Shown: positions 43,349-57,404, counted from the first letter of the stretch. The stretch: DNA of 64,000 nucleotides from Eledone cirrhosa (GCA_964016885.1 OZ024742.1:65596001-65660000), one strand, 5' to 3'. Made by a program: numbers and translations. The notes: generated by a model not told the origin, from the letters alone.

Positions 43349-43540
43349 TAAAATAACAGATTAAAGTTTAAGCAAAGAATCGCTGCTTTCACCCTTAACG
43401 GGATGGTGAAAGCAGCGATTCTTTGCTTAAACTTTAATCTGTTATTTTAATAAATATTTGCTCTACGGTTCTTATATATTTGATATATATTTATCCTTAT
43501 CGAGCCCTCTTTGGATTTTAGTCTTCAACTTTATTATTAT

Positions 43541-43545
<5 letters not shown>
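43343..43545 (+). mobile_element. Fold-back element F4 (3' half of hammerhead)
   Basis: Arms of about 50 bp, with GAA-AGCA...TGCT-T. Related ends at 14655-14682, 21335-21378 and 40410-40500. Confidence 0.7.
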
Positions 43546-43577
<32 letters not shown>

Positions 43578-43581
<4 letters not shown>

Positions 43582-43879
43582 ATATTAACAAATGGAAACT
43601 ATATTTATAAAACCATATTTATTTCATTATACATATTTCAAGGGCCACCAGAGCAAACTATGGTGCGCTTTCATCATATAAAATACAATATAGGTTAGTT
43701 TAAAAATAAATATTGACATTATATTGAAATATGTATAATACAATAAATATTTATAAATTTATAAATATTGTTTCCATTTGTTAATATATTGTATATTTAT
43801 TCCAATAATTTGTTGAGTGTTTTATAACAGTTATAAAAATATTTTGCTTGTTGTATCCTAACAAATTAAATATAACCTC

Positions 43880-43882
<3 letters not shown>
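43578..43882 (-). mobile_element. F1 copy with mutated hammerhead core (ATGATGA)
   Basis: Homologous to 26688-26935, with an internal inversion around 43720-43790. Confidence 0.75.
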
Positions 43883-43917
<35 letters not shown>

Positions 43918-43922
43918 ATTAC

Positions 43923-43961
<39 letters not shown>

Positions 43962-44532
43962 ATTACACATACATACATGATACATATATGCATACACGAT
44001 ACATACATAAACAATACAAATATAATACATACATATATAGAAAATATACATAATACGTACATAATACATACATAATACATACATAATACATACATAATAC
44101 ATACATAATACATGTATAATATATACATACAAACATACATAACATACATAATACATGTATACATACATACATACAAACATACATACATAATACTTACATA
44201 CATACAAACATACACAATACATGTATACATACATAATACATACATAATACATACACACATACATAACACATACATACGTACATACATACATATACACACA
44301 CGGTTATGTATGTATATATATATATGTGTGTGTATTCATGTGTATTCTAATTAAATTCGATCGAAACGTAAGTGAATATTACATGGCCTTTTCCCCGACA
44401 CTCTACCGATTCTACCAAAACACACAAATACTTAACATGCGATATTAAAGAATATTGTTTTCAGAAGATAATCAAATTAGTGGAACACTAATTCATTCTC
44501 CATGGTGTTTTCCTTCGATTTTGGTTCTTTTA

Positions 44533-44593
<61 letters not shown>

Positions 44594-44601
44594 AATTATT
44601 A

Positions 44602-44648
44602 TATTTTATCTGACGAAAGCGTACCCTTGAAATACGTATAATAAAATA
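44602..44648 (+). ncRNA. Type I hammerhead ribozyme (F1, short helix II)
   Basis: tattttat CTGACGA aag-cgtacc-ctt GAAA tacgta TA ataaaata. Confidence 0.85.
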
Positions 44649-44740
44649 AATATGGTTTTATAAAGATATTTTCCATTTATTAATATTATTGATATTATAT
44701 ATTTTGCTTGTTTTAGTATATATATATATATTTGTTTTAG

Positions 44741-44773
<33 letters not shown>

Positions 44774-45121
44774 AAGTTTGTCCTTCATCAGTGGTCTTCC
44801 AACCGTCATAGGCATTTCATCGCTTTAAAGACCCCATATACCTCAGGTTGGTGCGAGCAACGGCTAAAAAAAGTCGTTGGGACACGTAAATAAAGGGGAC
44901 TCTAGGGTAAACAAACAAAATGGTTTAAGCAACAGAAAGTGATGAAGAAAGAGACAAGTCCCAGATTTCTATGAATATAAATTCGGTGAAATCGTGAACG
45001 AGAGAATAAAGACCATCAAACCTGGTTGAAATGTGAGCAAGGAAGGAATTTCGCACAGGTCTAACGGGAGGATGCCAATAAGAAACACACGCACCAGTTG
45101 GTTTTATATATATATATATAC

Positions 45122-45156
<35 letters not shown>

Positions 45157-45394
45157 TTAATATAGATGAGATTCTCATCTATATTAAAACTATTATACTC
45201 TGCTATGTATTGAGTACCTTACTTACTGTGGTTACCTCCGATTCAACCCGGAATAACGTATATATATATATATATATATAAAACCAACTGGTGCGTGTGT
45301 TTCTTATTGGCAACATGACCCTCTCAAAGCATAACAACATCGTTTTCAACACACGTTTTCAGATAAAGAATCTTACTAAACAAATTCAGAAACG

Positions 45395-45565
<171 letters not shown>

Positions 45566-46097
45566 CATATATATATACCCTTCACTCACTCACTCTCTGT
45601 TACTACCTCTCCTCCTCCTCCTTCTTCCCGTTTGACCTGTGCGTAATTCTTTTCTTTCGCACGCTTGGTCAGGCTGGTTCGCCTTTTTTCTCTCTCTCGT
45701 CTACGATTTCACAGAACTTATGTTCACCGAATTCACAGGCTAGATCCCTTCTTCCTCCCGTTAGACCTGTACGGAATTCCTTCCTTGCTCACATTCCAAT
45801 CAGGTTTGATGGTCTTTATTCTTTCTCGTTCACAATTTCACCGAACTTATATTCATGGAAATTTGGGACTTGCCTCGTTCTTCCTCACTTTTCGTTGCTT
45901 CACCATCTTTGTTTGTTTACACTCTCGCTGTCCCCTTTATTTACGTGTCCCAACGACTTTTTTAGCCGTTGCTCGCACCAACCGGAGGTATATGGTCTTT
46001 AAAGCGAAGTAATACCTGCGATGGTTGGAAGATCACTGACGAAGGACCACTTTATACATATGTAACCCATTTACAACCACGCAGCACGTTTATTCTC

Positions 46098-46131
<34 letters not shown>

Positions 46132-46144
46132 GTATATATATATA

Positions 46145-46319
<175 letters not shown>

Positions 46320-46436
46320 GAAAACAAATATATATATATATATATACTAAAACAAATATATATATATACTAAAACAAGCAAAATATATAATATCAATAAT
46401 ATTAATAAATGGAAAATATCTTTATAAAACCATATT

Positions 46437-46483
46437 TATTTTATTATACGTATTTCAAGGGTACGCTTTCGTCAGATAAAATA
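46437..46483 (-). ncRNA. Type I hammerhead ribozyme (F1), inverted twin of 44602-44648
   Basis: Exact reverse complement of 44602-44648. Confidence 0.85.
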
Positions 46484-47083
46484 TAATAATTGGTGTTATG
46501 ATAGTGACATATCTTCATGTGAACTTAATGTTATAAGTTCAATGAGGATAGTGAATAGAGATGTACACATGTTCAATACTCAAGGGAAATATGCTAATGA
46601 GGATAACGTTAAAACTGAAAAGAGCCATTAAGTTTAGATGCTAGATACCTTTTAAATACTTATTTAAATCTTTTTAAGGGTTTGCTATTAAATTTGAAAA
46701 AATTATTGTAGAGTTATTTTAGAATTATTTATAGAAATATTCATATATATATACACCCAAAGATATATACATTGGTTTAGAAAGAATGATATAATTATAC
46801 TTATTTATTTATTTAATTTTTTAAATATATATTTTAAGAATGTGGAAGAATATGGAAGAATATTTTATAATATTTAGATGAGAATTATAATGTATTGTAT
46901 TAAATTATAAACTATTAATTCATTAAAGCAATTACAACAATATAATATGTAAATGAAATATAACTGTATTTTCGTATACGAGTGGATATATTTTTCACAT
47001 ATATTATGAATGTAGTTATAAATATAATGTATTGTAGTATAATTATATATCGTTATTTAAATATAATTATTTAAATATAAATA

Positions 47084-47272
47084 GGGCGGTGGATTGGCAG
47101 TATCGGTAGAGAGTCGGACACCATGCTTTCCAGCATAGTTACGTCCCTTTACGATCTGAGTTCAAATCCCGCCGAGGTTGACTTTGCCTTTCATCCTTAC
47201 GGGGTCGATAAAATAAAGTACCAGTAATGCACTGGGTAATTGCTGGCCTTGTGCCTAAAGTAGAAACAGTTA
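47084..47272 (+). mobile_element. Full-length tRNA-SINE (short form)
   Basis: A-box-like ggattggcagtatcggtag and B-box gagttcaaatccc. Flanked by the duplication ttatttaaatataa. Confidence 0.9.
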
Positions 47273-48203
47273 TTTAAATATAATTATATATCGTTATTTA
47301 AATATAATTATATATCGTTATTTAAAAAATAAATTATTATTTATTACATAAATGATTACGCGTGAATATAGATCTTATTTAAGTATGTATAAAGACATAG
47401 AATTACAAATGAGCCTAAGATAGATCAAGCAATAATATATATGTATTTTATACATATAGTTTAAGAATGTGAAAGTAATTATATTTTTTAAGTAAAGGTG
47501 CAGACGCTATTATTGCATATGGTTAGTAATATAGTATTTAAATTTTTATGCAAGTTGAAATGCAAGCAAAGAACATTTTTTAAGGGAAGATAACTCTAAT
47601 ATTTAGTAATTTAAGGAATGTTTACGTTGGCTATTTAATAACATATTGTTTCATCTAATGTTTAACCTAATAATTAATCATAATTTATATTATAATATAA
47701 GTAAAAAATTCATATAATATTTCAGAGCACCATATTGTAAATATGGTTATAATAGTTTTTTACATTGTATAAGAAATATTTATATGTATAACTTTAAGAA
47801 CATTTAAAAACAATTAAAAATATATATTGTAAATAGGTAACTTATATAGACCATAGTGTAGTAGTTTCTATAAATTATAAATATTGTGAAATATTCTGGA
47901 GAATAGATGCAAACAAGAATTAAATATTTCCTTTTTTTTGTTAATAATATTACCAGGATTGGTAATTATATGAAAGGTTTCTTCAATACTGAGATGACAC
48001 ATTCTTGAGAGAGCCATAATTTGGTAAACTGGCGCATCGATATTTTTCTCCAAGAGATTGAATAGTCAATGTTATTGTCTTTTAAAGACCTAATTAATAT
48101 ATTTGTTGCCCCGAGTGTGTGGTCTTGATAAACGCTCTCTGTTGTTTTTGCCGAGGATAAGTAAGTGACATAGTCACTACTTTAAAACGGATAGCGAATG
48201 GTC

Positions 48204-48317
48204 TTCTAAATGTTTCTAATTAAACATACAGTATATTGCCAAATGCACTATACATACATGAATGTATGTATAGTGCATTTGGCAATATACTGTATGTTTA
48301 ATTAGAAACATTTAGAA
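48204..48317. repeat. Perfect 56-bp-arm hairpin following a decayed hammerhead (48146-48198)
   Basis: Arms 48204-48259 / 48262-48317. Confidence 0.9.
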
Positions 48318-48519
48318 TGTATACATTGCTATTTCAGAGCACCAATACTAATGACACGCTCCATCTTCCACTTTTCTAAAAAATAAATTATACACAAAAC
48401 ACCAGCACCAACAGTTTTGCAAGAGATGTCAACATGAATGGACCTGTTATTTTTTTCTAAAGACATTTTTTCCAATTCCATCCCGCCTGTCCCCTCAATC
48501 TATCTTATTTCTCATGCTT

Positions 48520-48555
48520 TCTTCTGATGAAGGACTAGCGTCCGAAACGTTAAGA
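48520..48555 (+). ncRNA. Minimal hammerhead ribozyme (F7)
   Basis: tctt CTGATGA aggac-tagc-gtcc GAAACGT T aaga. The unit ends in (CA)n. Confidence 0.8.
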
Positions 48556-48630
48556 CCCTCTTCCTGCTATATCAAGCGTTAACCTAATATATCCCTTCCT
48601 GTACCGATTGTGTAGTTATTTCTGTTTACC

Positions 48631-48732
<102 letters not shown>

Positions 48733-48949
48733 GCACACACACACACACACACACAGACATATATATATATATTGTTTCTGAGTAACGACCGTGAGATGGA
48801 TCAAGGATATCGAGATTGGAAATAGGTGGTCACATACTACACATTAGTTAATATATCGATTTACCATGATCAATCAACCCTCTGAAACAATGATAAAACA
48901 ATGAACTAATGAAGAACAAATCTTCGAATTTGTCATATTATCCTTGTTC

Positions 48950-49065
<116 letters not shown>

Positions 49066-49855
49066 CGTGAATTTCAATAAAACAAATAATTTATTCAATA
49101 CTATTGAGTAAAATAACATTTATTCAAATCTAAGTCTTAATTATTATTCTGAGTTTCTAGTTCCCGTTTCTCAAGGGTCAATGTACAAATGAACATATAT
49201 TTATATAGATAAAAATATAAGGCCAAATGTTTATACAGTTAAATAATAGAATCAACTAGTGATTTGATTCGATTATGTAATGAGAAATAAAGTATATTAT
49301 CGTAGATAATGTATATTGTAAAACAAAGTTGCAGTGTGTCCTGATATAATACATACTAGAAATATATGCACCGAATACAAGCAAACGTTGAAATTGTCTG
49401 AACGCTACATACATGGGGCTTTTATGATGTACTGGGAATAATTCACTTTCAAGTGATTCGGATTGAAAAATATTCCATGAATATACGCGCGTTTCTTTAA
49501 AAACGTTAGTGGTGGTAATAAAATTTCAAAGTCAAAAGAAACTTTTCAAAGATTAATTACAGATAGTTACATGTTCAATAATTATTCTGAAAAAGGATTG
49601 CTCCAGATTTATAATCCTCAAAATATTTCAGAGTAAGGTTTGAAATAAATCTTTAAACAGGATTAATTAAATCATAAGCAGTATGGTTTTCATCACCATC
49701 ATTTCTCTCTCTAAATACATACATACATGCATACATACGGACAGACACGCAACCACCCCCGCCATATATATATATGCTCAATATATATATTACAGAAAAC
49801 ATATATTAGTATTCAAATCCAAGCTGTTCTTATCATATACTGTCTGTTTACTTAC

Positions 49856-49929
49856 GGAACCGTCTAATAAACAACAACAATACTGGCATATATTGATCAA
49901 TGAGTTGGTAGAAGATTTTGAACACTTAC
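49856..49929 (-). other. Candidate exon / recursive splice site
   Basis: Branch-point-like CTAAT, polypyrimidine tract and tttcag|GTAAGT, with a second donor TCC|gtaagt 74 nt downstream. Confidence 0.5.
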
Positions 49930-50147
49930 CTGAAATGAGAAAAAAAGAAATTACATTAGCTTATCAGTTGTCATCAATATCATCATCTACATCAATATAA
50001 ACGAATGTTAGATAGTATAAGACAACGTCATATACAGTCATTCATGTTTTAGTATGTATGTATGTATGTATGTATGTATGTATGTATGTATGTATGTATG
50101 TATGTATGTATGTATGTATGTATGTATGTATGTATGTATGTATATGT

Positions 50148-50753
50148 CAGGTCACCAGTTGGTGCTACTGTTAACATGTATCCCAGTACATCCTGTCTCA
50201 TGGTCGGGTCGTTGGCGACAAAACTGGCAACCCCACCAAGGTTTCTTGGTGAGGAGGGTGACTTTGGACATCCTACAGGACTAAAAACAAAACCTGTCAA
50301 AGGGCAAAGGAGCTCTTAAGAGTCAATGGCCATCCAAAATCACCGGGAGAGATGATCCCTTAGCCTTTGTCAAGGCAGAATTCTAGGAGAAGGAAAACTC
50401 TGATATGACACCTGCAACCCTGATGGTATCCAATGATGTTGACTTGTTCTTCGTTTTGGTAAATATAATCTTGGTTAAGAGAGTTGGACTGGCTTTGTGC
50501 AGTGCCTTTGCTCACTATAAAAGCTTCACGGCACAGGCATTGCTTTATATCTGGAGATCTCTCTGCACTTGTCGTCACATGGTACAATGGGCCCAACACT
50601 ATGTGTCAATAATTGTCACCAGTGTAGTGTTTGTACCAGAGTTTTCAAGTCGCTGGCTGGACTAAAAAGTCACACTCGTTCAGCGCATCGGTAGGGGTTC
50701 TCCTACATGGATATAAAGTAGTGGCCGTACTCGAAAACGAGTTGGCAGCCACC
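50148..50753 (+). mobile_element. RTE-derived non-autonomous retroelement in (ATGT)n, second full copy
   Basis: Colinear with 18919-19524 with identical ends, and (ATGT)n on both sides. Confidence 0.85.
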
Positions 50754-51820
50754 ATGTATGTATGTATGTATGTATGTATGTATGTATGTATGTATGTATG
50801 TATGTATGTATGTATGTATGTATGTATGTGTAAGCTATGTGATGTTATTTGACCCTTTTGAGAAATGATTTACGATCTTGCAGGGGGCTTACACCGAGAT
50901 GATGGGTTAACAGTCCCGCATACTAGAAAAAGGTACGATATAGACATAAAAGATTGTATATGCACATTATAAAAAAATCTAAAGGATTATGGTTGATAGC
51001 AATTTTTGTGTTGTTAACTTTCTAATAATTTCTTTAAAGTTAGATATTATCCTTATAGGAAATCTAATTTAAAATTACAGCAATTCATTAAGAATTCAAA
51101 CCAGTTGCCTAAGATTTCAAGAAACGTTGTCTAAAGGCAACAAATGCATATCGTCGGATGAAACCTTATTCAATAGTGATGCACGCCATTATGCTATAAT
51201 TATTTTCTAGACAGATAATACGAATGGTTATAAACGTAACATTTTTAAAAGAAACATTCTGTTTTAACTCGCCGCCAGTTCAAATATCCTCTTATCAGTT
51301 GACACTTTCTAAATCCAATTTGCATTTTTCGCTAAAAGAGATTTATAAATTATTAAAAACCTCAAATTGACTTTGCACATTTCTAGGCTTCTTTGTAAAA
51401 GATTCACTTGATTATTACACTGCAACTAAAACGTATATAGGGATTACGGAAAATTATTTTACTACAATGTATTCCCCATATATCTATTTATAAAAGAATA
51501 AATAAAAATTTGACACAATTTCATTCAAATGCATTCGGTACCTAACGGAATCTAGTTTACAAGTTTCACTGTAATGTGGTCTCATCGCTGCCTCACTTTA
51601 CACTAACGGTATTTTTCGAACCTAGCAGTAATAATTGGCTACTTGCAAATAAAAATGGAAGCAATTTCAAGAAATTAAAAATTAATTCTACATCTTAACT
51701 CATCTAAATCCATGCAATTGGCCAATTATGTTTTTAATTATGTAAATTATCTTTAGTCAGAAATCTTTTTCCTATTTGTAAACACATTTGTCGAGTGATC
51801 AAATAAAAAGTAGATTCTGG

Positions 51821-52781
51821 TATAATAATTGTTTCTACTTTGGGCACAAGGCCAGCAATTATCCCAGTGCATTACTAGTACTTTATTTTATCGACCCCGT
51901 AAGGATGAAAGGCAGAGTTAACCTCGGTGGGATTTGAGCTCAGACCGTAAAGGGCCGTAACTCTATGCTGCAAAGCAAGGCGTCCGATCCTCTATCGACA
52001 CTGCTATAATAATTGTTTCTACTTTTGGTACAAGGCCAGCAATTACGCAGTACATTACTAGTACTTTGTTTTATCGACCCTGTAAGGATGAAAGGAAAAG
52101 TTAACCTTTGAAGTCTAATGTTACCGAAACGTATTCATAGTTGTCACCGTGAAGGTAAAACAAGATCAGATTTCGAACTAAGCATGGAGATACATTTCGA
52201 GAAATTATCTCCCCTTTTCTTTGAGTACCACTCCAAATTATCGCCATGATTTTGTTCTCTTTCTCGAAACAAGGAAAAAAAAAAATCCTTAAGAGCATTA
52301 AGAGCATTAATAACGATTTTGTTTTCTAAAATTCGCGCAAGACTAAGAATTTTTGCATTGAGGTATAGTCGATTGAATTGACACTTATAATTGACTAGAA
52401 CATTATTTTATCATTTCTAGAAGGATGAAAGACAAGGTAGATTTTGGCAGTATTGGAACCCAGAAAGTAAATTTGCGTAGGTAAATACCGCAAAACATGT
52501 TTGTTATCGTATCGACTCCCATATGATAAAAACAATCATGATAAATATACATAACGAATATAGAAAAAAATTAAAGAAAGAGATTAATAAAGGGTTCTGT
52601 TTTAGGCACAAGGTCATTAATTTTTGGAAGTTGATTAAATCGAGCCAGTGAATAACTGGTACTTTGTTTTATCAAATCCCGTAAGGATGAAAGGCAAAGC
52701 TAACCTCGGTGTGATTTGAACTCAGAACGTAAAGAGACGTAATTCTATGCTTCAAAATATGTTGTCTGACGCTCTACCGAC
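51821..52781 (-). mobile_element. Cluster of four tRNA-SINE copies (51821-52003, 52005-52108, ~52320-52500, ~52590-52781)
   Basis: Repeated SINE core and tail motifs. Confidence 0.8.
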
Positions 52782-52828
52782 TAATGTTTTCTGATTTGTT
52801 TAAATAACAACAACAACAACAATAACAG

Positions 52829-52912
<84 letters not shown>

Positions 52913-53009
52913 CAACAACAACTAACATTACGAGAAGAAGAAGAAGAAGAAGAAGAAGAAGAAGAAGAAGAAGAAGAAGAAGAAGAAGAAGAAGAAGAAG
53001 AAGAAGAAG

Positions 53010-53048
<39 letters not shown>

Positions 53049-53443
53049 CAACACTGAAGAGATATTTTTTGCTATCTCTCACTGCACTCACTGCTTAATA
53101 TATTTTGTAGTGATGTTGGTGGGGCGTTGTTAGCGGGAGAATAATGTAACGAGACGAGAGTTAACTTGGAATGACAAGAATTGATGGGAAAATGGAAAAT
53201 ATACAGTTCTGGCAGTTAGCCAGATTATATAAGTAATATCTTAGTAGTGTAGTGGTAGTGGAGATAGTAGTGATGATGATGGTCGTAGTGATGGTGGTAT
53301 AGTAAGTAATGGTGATACAGTGGTGGGGGATGAGATGGTGGTATAGTGGATGGTTGTGATGGTGATGGAGCTGGGGCGATTGGGGCTGGTTGTGTAGTCA
53401 TGGAAGATACTAATACCACCACCACCACCACCACTACTACTAT

Positions 53444-53475
<32 letters not shown>

Positions 53476-53551
53476 AAAATAATAATATTTGTACTACTGC
53501 TAATAATATTTCTAATAGAACTTCTAGTGTATTCCATCACCATACTTATCC

Positions 53552-53584
<33 letters not shown>

Positions 53585-53588
<4 letters not shown>

Positions 53589-53770
53589 TGTTTCTACTTT
53601 AGGCACAAGGCCAGCAATTACCCAGTGCATTACTGGTACTTTATTTTATCGACCCCGTAAGGATGAAAGGCAAAGTGAACCTCGGCGGGATTTGAACTCA
53701 GATCATAAAGGGACGTAACTATGCTGGAAAGCATGGCGTCCAACCCTCTACCAATACTGCCAATCCACCA
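53585..53770 (-). mobile_element. tRNA-SINE (short form) with (ATT)n tail
   Basis: Near-identical to 47084-47272. Confidence 0.9.
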
Positions 53771-53789
53771 CATAATAATAATAATAATA

Positions 53790-54197
53790 ACTGGAACACA
53801 ATAGACCTGACCTGGTGGTTTTGGACAAAGAAAAAAAATCGTGCCTGATTGTGGATGTGGCCTGCCCATTCGACACGAGAGTGCAAGAGAAGGAGAGGGA
53901 GAAAATTAACCGATACCAGGACTTAAAGTAGGAGGTAAAAAGGATTCGGAACTTCCATGAAGTCAAAGTGGTCCCGATTGTCATAGGCGCACTAGGTACT
54001 ATCTCAAAAAGTTTCCAAGGATGGTTAAAGAAAATTGGCCCCGCCACGCTTTTTGGAACACTTCAAAAGGCATGCTTGCTGGGAACAGCAAGAACCCTCC
54101 GATACGTCCTGAATATCTGAGGCTGCAGGTAGTGGGTTGATATTCATTTCAACAAACTTTCCAGTTAACTAACATCAGTGACTGAGACTCAAAGAAC
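53790..54197 (+). mobile_element. R4/Dong retrotransposon, 5'-truncated copy
   Basis: LEHNRPDLVVLDK..CLIVDVACPFD restriction-like endonuclease, with (TAA)n on both sides. Confidence 0.85.
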
Positions 54198-54309
54198 AAT
54201 AATAATAATAATGCTTTCTTTATTAACAACAAGGGTTTACATAAAGTAGACATTAAGGACAGTACAGGACAATACAGGACGGTAGAATGATAATAATAAT
54301 AATAATAAA

Positions 54310-55274
54310 CAACCTGCACAAATACGTGACTGACAGTAGGGAGCCAATGCTCAGAATTGTACTGAAGGAAAAGACAATAGACCAGGGGATGTCCAAGGAG
54401 GAAATAACAACAAGGAGGAAGACCAACCTTCATGAAAAATCCCTTCATAGTACTTTCTTTGAGAAAACTGAATTTAGAGATCCACAGACATGGAACTGGT
54501 TAAAAAGAGGAGACCTTAAAAAGGCTACAGAAGGAATGCTAATGGCTGCACAAGACCAGGCACTCAAAACGAAGTGGGTGAAACACCATATTTACAAGGA
54601 GGAGGCTAGCCCACTGTGTAGGATCTGTGGAGAGAGAGAGGAGACTGTGGCTCAAATTATATCCGAGTGTAAACACCTAGCCCAGACTCACTATAAAGGC
54701 TGGAGACATGATGTGATGGGCAGGGTTACCCACTGGCACCTATGCAAAGTAAACAAGTTACCACATTCTGAGAAATGGTATGAGCATAAGCCAGAGTCGG
54801 TGATAGAAAACGATCAGGTGAAGGTGCTATGGGATTTTAGTATACAGACGGATAAGAAACTGACCTGGTGGTTTTGGACAAGGCCTGACCTGGTGGTTTT
54901 GGACAAGGAAAAAAGATCGTGCCTGATTGTAGATGTAGCCTGCCCATTTGACACGAGAGTGCAAGACAAGGAGAGGGAGAAAATTAACCGATACCAGGAC
55001 TTAAAGTGGGAGGTAAAAAGGATTTGGAACTGCCATGAAGTCAGAGTCGTCCCGATTGTCATAGGCGCACTAGGTACTATCTCAAAGAGTTTCCAAGGAT
55101 GGTTAAAGAAAGTTAATCTAGCCCCGCTTTTGGAACACTTCAAAAGGCATACTTGCTGGGAATAGCAAGAACCCTCCGATACGTCCTGAATATCTGAGGC
55201 TGCAGGTAGCGGCTTAATATTCATTTCAACAAACTTTCCAGTTAAATAACATCAATGACTGAGACTCAAAGAAC

Positions 55275-55275
<1 letters not shown>
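54310..55275 (+). mobile_element. R4/Dong non-LTR retrotransposon 3' portion (CCHC finger + PD..D restriction-like endonuclease)
   Basis: ORF 54287-55165: TEG..MAAQDQAL, CRICG..EETV.QIISEC, RHD, KVLWDF.IQTD, RPDLVV, IVDVACP, K..RY, VPIVIGALG. Inserted in (TAA)n. Confidence 0.92.
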
Positions 55276-55354
<79 letters not shown>

Positions 55355-55533
55355 AAATGTTAATAATATTGGTGATGATGTTGAAGATGACAGTCTATGT
55401 TATAGTTTAGTTCTCCATTATTTCCATTATTATAAATATCAAAGCTGTACCGAATCAGCTTCACTAAGATTTCTGGCACAGATTTTGTTCTATCAACATC
55501 ACTGATAAATATGTATGTTTACGTGTGTATATA

Positions 55534-55589
<56 letters not shown>

Positions 55590-55656
55590 CGTGTGTGTGT
55601 GTATGTGTGTATATTACGGTGTATAATACGTGTATATATATATGAAATTGTATGTT

Positions 55657-55687
<31 letters not shown>

Positions 55688-56479
55688 TATATTTATATAT
55701 AATACTGCGTGTGAATATCACTGCGTATAAATGAGTGTAGATGTGTGCTGATGTGGTTGCGTGTGTATATGTGCATGTGCCTGCATGTGTCCTTAATTGA
55801 AGGAAACTCACAGCAATTATGTGCAAACAATCTATACACATACATGCATACATGTGCAAGTATATGTATATTGTATATATATATATATATATACACACGT
55901 ACGCACAAACACACACACACATATATATATGTGTGTATACAAATATATGCACATGTGCATTTATTGTTAGTTTAAGCTTGTTAGTATAAAGAAACTACGT
56001 ACTCTTGATACTCGCAAACGGTCCTTCGACCCCACCCCGCGTCAAGCACAAACACGTGAGATTGGATGAGATGAGAGAAAGAATGTTTCCATTTAACGGC
56101 CGCAACTGCTGGCAGAAATAACAACATGAAGTATAGTACTTTGTTGAAGACAACGCACCGTGCGGTCGAAGAAACGAAAAGTACGACCTTAAAATCGTGA
56201 CTCCATCACACAAACTACTAGATTATATGAGTATTCACATATATCTATGTATATTTTCTATGTGCACACTCACACACACGCACACACACCCAGGCAGACA
56301 CACACACATACACACACACAGACACAGACATACAGATACACACATGGCAGTGACCAAATAAAATAGATTGGTATCCTCATAGAAACTATGAGACTCTACG
56401 AACGAGGAGAGCAAAAAAAAAATGACTTGAAAAAACGAAATGAAATTAGAGCTACTTGATCAATACATAATAAAACGTA

Positions 56480-57030
56480 GTCGTTAAACAAGACAACACA
56501 ACAACGAAACAGGAAAAATGGCTGTAGGTCCATGAGATCGTCAAGAAGTACGTGTTACCTCTAGAGCGCTTATGTATGGAAAGACTGAGCGAAGAGAAAT
56601 AGAAGAATTGAAAAGAAGATGAAATAAGGTAGGGAGCAGAATTGTAGATTATAGATTGTATGGAAGGCGAGAGCGATAGAATTGTCACGTTGTGAATAAA
56701 TCAAACAAAGATTAGAAGCAACTGTGTTGCGTTAAATAATTCAATATATCAAGTAAATAAGATGATGGGAAACAAATCCAAAGAAACAAGTACATCATTT
56801 TGGTTTTTAGCTGCCTATTATGGGTCGTGGGTTGAGATTTGACAGTAGATATAAGTGGCCGTAAGAAATGGCTGACAGGATTCTGTGAGAGGGACGGAGA
56901 AGGGAGGGTGGACAGAAGAATGCATGAAGGCGATAAGTGGAGGTACACGACCAGTTAGCGAAAAAGCGACAGTGGACGGGAATTAATGGAAAAAAACTTG
57001 AAGATGGATTAGTCCAAGATTGCTATATCC
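56480..57030 (+). pseudogene. Highly decayed LINE (RTE-like) 3' region
   Basis: Purine-rich, with fragments resembling W...GRR..G...W. Not securely alignable by eye. Confidence 0.25.
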
Positions 57031-57148
57031 TAAATATATATATAGGGCGGCCGACCGGGGTAGAAGCTGCTAAATGGTCGGCTGCCCTCATGTCTCTGAT
57101 TTTCAGCCCCATGGATTTTGTCTATTATATTCCTTTGTTATATTTCGA

Positions 57149-57206
57149 ATACCTGATGATGTCATCGGATTCATACTGAACCCGGACATTGAAATGATCA
57201 TAGTAT
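57149..57206 (+). ncRNA. Type I hammerhead ribozyme
   Basis: atac CTGATGA tgtc...gaca-tt GAAA tgatca TA gtat, followed by aataaa, within a TA-bounded unit. Confidence 0.85.
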
Positions 57207-57404
57207 AATAAACCTTTTAAGGAATTACACCAGTCCAGCCTCCTGTTATTTTATAATAATTATATATATATATATATATTCATTTTGTTGTTGTTATATT
57301 TGAGCAGGGTCTTCTTGTTATAATATTGCTCTCCCCAAATATAACAATATTTGTTTCAACACACAATTTCATATAGAAAACCTTGCAAAACAAAGTCATC
57401 GCCG

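Larger units (their letters stand above)
46320..48105 (-). mobile_element. 5'-truncated Penelope-like retroelement: GIY-YIG C-terminus, long AT-rich 3' UTR, terminal hammerhead
   Basis: Minus strand 48105-47868 translates, with one frameshift, to ...RSLKDNNIDYSISWRKI / APVY..SRMCHLSIEETFHII.NP.NIINKKKEIFNSCLH. This matches the W.LK....Y.I.W...C.LC..EK..I...LN.R.E...C.H tail of PLE endonucleases (Naiad-like). Confidence 0.7.

Noticed and set aside
47084-47175. tRNA gene
   Set aside because: The A/B boxes belong to a multi-copy SINE head with TSDs, and there is no complete cloverleaf.
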